DNA of 64,000 bases from positions 228,098,001 to 228,162,000 of the forward strand of contig OZ024742.1 in NCBI GenBank assembly GCA_964016885.1, in the 5' to 3' direction. Source of the DNA: Eledone cirrhosa (Eukaryota). The position numbers and the translations under genes are program-made. Of this stretch, positions 60,835-64,000 are shown one piece after another. Every line of letters starts with the position of its first letter. Positions within the stretch are counted from its first letter, which is position 1. The notes under the pieces were generated by a model. It had not been told where the DNA came from. It did not search any database and was given only the letters and a program-made list of their open reading frames with translations.

Positions 60835-61070
60835 TAGTGGTTAGGGTGTTGGACTTACGATCATGTCATTGGTTCAATTCCAAGACCAGGTGGCGTGTTG
60901 TGTTCTTGAGGAAAACACTTCATTTCATGTTATTCCAGTCCACTCGGCTGAAAATGAGTACCATCAGCAACAGCAGCTAGGGGCTAACCCTGCGATAGAC
61001 TGGTGTTTTCTCCAGGGAAGAGTCTTGTAATCTCAGCTTCTGCCTGGTGAGCCTTTGGGCTTGGGACAAA
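60835..61070 (+). mobile_element. tRNA-headed SINE (third family) downstream of the PPIB stop
   Basis: TGGTTAGGGTG...GGTTCAATTCC box B; core GTGTTCTTGAGGAAAACACTT. Confidence 0.6.
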
Positions 61071-61352
61071 TTTTAGCCTTTAAATTTTAATATTTTTTTA
61101 TAAATTAAGATGAAATTTAAAAAAAAAGAAAGAAATTTATGAAAATGGAATATTTTGAATATAAAATATATATTTTCTATTTACCAGTTTTATCATCTTA
61201 TATATTGACAAAATATTTTATGCAAACATTATGGAACATATATCAGATCAAATTGATCTTAATTCGGTTCTATAAACCTTGGACCACCATCTCCTTCAAG
61301 TGAAATTCTTGCTTAACAGACCAGTGATGTAGCATAGGTTACCAGTACTCCC

Positions 61353-62170
<818 letters not shown>

Positions 62171-64000
62171 ATACTTTACAACTTCTCCACTTAAGTTATC
62201 TTAAGTTTGTATTTATTAAACATCTTAAAATATTCTAAACTGATATATTCAGACCAGTGTCATCTTTGTTGTTATAGTTACAACATTTCAGTCATTGCAC
62301 CCGCCAACCTTCTTCAGTTGTCTGTTGCATTTGAAGAGTATGTATGTGAAGAAGACCAAAACAAACAAGTGAACTCACAAATAGGTAATATGAGGGTATC
62401 CTTGGCAAAGAATGAGAATAATCTATCCCCTATGAGTTCAAAATTGCATATACAACAGGCAACTATAGAGATCTACTTATTAAATGACTACGATTCAAGG
62501 CTCAATGTGTTATTTCAATCAACAATCATGTAGAGCTAAAATATCCAATAAACTGCTCAGTTTATAATAATGATAATTCCTCTGAAGAAGGTCAGAGGGC
62601 ACAACAGCTGTAATGTGATTATAACAACTAAATTGAAGCCTCTAATCTGAATATATCAGTTTAGGATAATCCTCATATAAAAATTTAGCTAAAAACTTTA
62701 AAATGTTCATTTACAAAAATAAAGAAAAAGTTATGTACTTATGTCATCAATTACATTAGCATTTATTAAAGAACATTAATTTGTATTCAATTTATGCAAG
62801 TTTATGTTAATTTGTATATAATTTATGCAAGTTTATGTTAATTTCTTACATCAATTTGTCTTGTTTACTTTACTTTTGTACTGGACCAATTAATTAAATG
62901 GTCAACTCATGAAGTTTTGTAATTACATATATATTTTTATGTTTGCTTGTTGTGTTATATTTTTCTATTTGATCATCATTATCATCAGCATTGTCATCAT
63001 CATCATCATCATCATTGTTGTTACCATCATCATCAACATCATTTTATTTCTGTTTTCCATGCTGGCATGGGTTGGACAAAAAGATTTGATAGGTTAGATA
63101 ACCATATCTTGCTCATACTTTCTGTTTTGGCATGGTTTCTATTTCTAGATGTTATTCCTAATGCCAACCGTTTTATAGTGTGTACTGGGTGCCTTTAATC
63201 TAGCACTAGCACTTTACAGTCGGATGGGTGCATTTTATTGTGACACTAGCAGTACTACTTTAGAGAGTGTACTGGGTGCCTTTTATTGTAGTACCAGCAC
63301 CACAACTTTACAGCAACATTAGGGTGTTGTCTTTGGACAAGTTGGAAAAAGGCAGTGATGAGAGTGGATTGCTGTCAGATGAGGGTGGATGGAAACTAGA
63401 TGCTGCTTACCAAGGGATGGAGTTGTCCCACGTGGGAGGTGGAGTTGGGTTGCGAAGGTAAACTTAAAGAGAGTGAGTGGAATTTAGCAGTATATTGTGG
63501 GGTATGCATGTGTCTTGATTCTCCAATTCTTCGTCATGGGTTGGATAAAGAAAGAGAGAATCAAGGACATTGATCATTATGATCTAACAAAAGATATGTA
63601 CTGTTTACTATTTCGTTTATATACATATCTATCTCTCTGTCTGTAATATTTTTTTTTTCCTCTGAGAGGAATCAGCTACACATTGGAGAAACTCCAGAGT
63701 AATTAACTGACAACTGACTTGGCTTTAATAGAATATATATAATGCATACACATATATATATATATCATCATCACCGTTTTATGTCAATGTTTCCATGCTA
63801 GCATGGGTTGTCCTGTTGTGGGCAATGTGAGGTCAAGTGACCATGTCTTGCTCCTACAGGATTGATTTTGGCTCGGTTTCTACAGCTGGATGTCCTTCCT
63901 AACACCAACCTCATTTACAGTGAGTACTGGGTGCTTTTTTACCATGGCACCTACACGACCACTTTACAGTGTGGACAGGGTGCTTTTTGTTGTGACACCT

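Noticed and set aside
62200-62660. Possible PLE endonuclease tail with CTGAAGA at 62582
   Set aside because: Only weak resemblance; no convincing GIY-YIG motif or hammerhead fold.

Overview
Repeat-dense animal DNA; the SINE families and (TA)n load point to an octopus or other cephalopod (inference). Bases 1-20.5 kb are a (TA)n microsatellite field punctuated by TACGTA and packed with retroelements. It holds three co-oriented copies of a CR1-group LINE (one full length with open ORF1/ORF2) and an array of about 12.3 near-identical 310-bp units with an internal inversion. Each unit carries a minimal type I hammerhead ribozyme, so the array looks like a non-LTR retrozyme (circular-RNA retroelement). 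Two Penelope-like elements follow (20.5-26 kb), and further hammerhead motifs are scattered downstream. The only host gene supported is a 4-exon cyclophilin B (PPIB-like; 37676-60162, +, about 202 aa). Its ~19-kb first intron is filled with SINEs, RTE, CRE, Tx1, Helitron, mariner and MITE relics. Nearly all long ORFs in the track (YIYI..., poly-L) are microsatellite artefacts.
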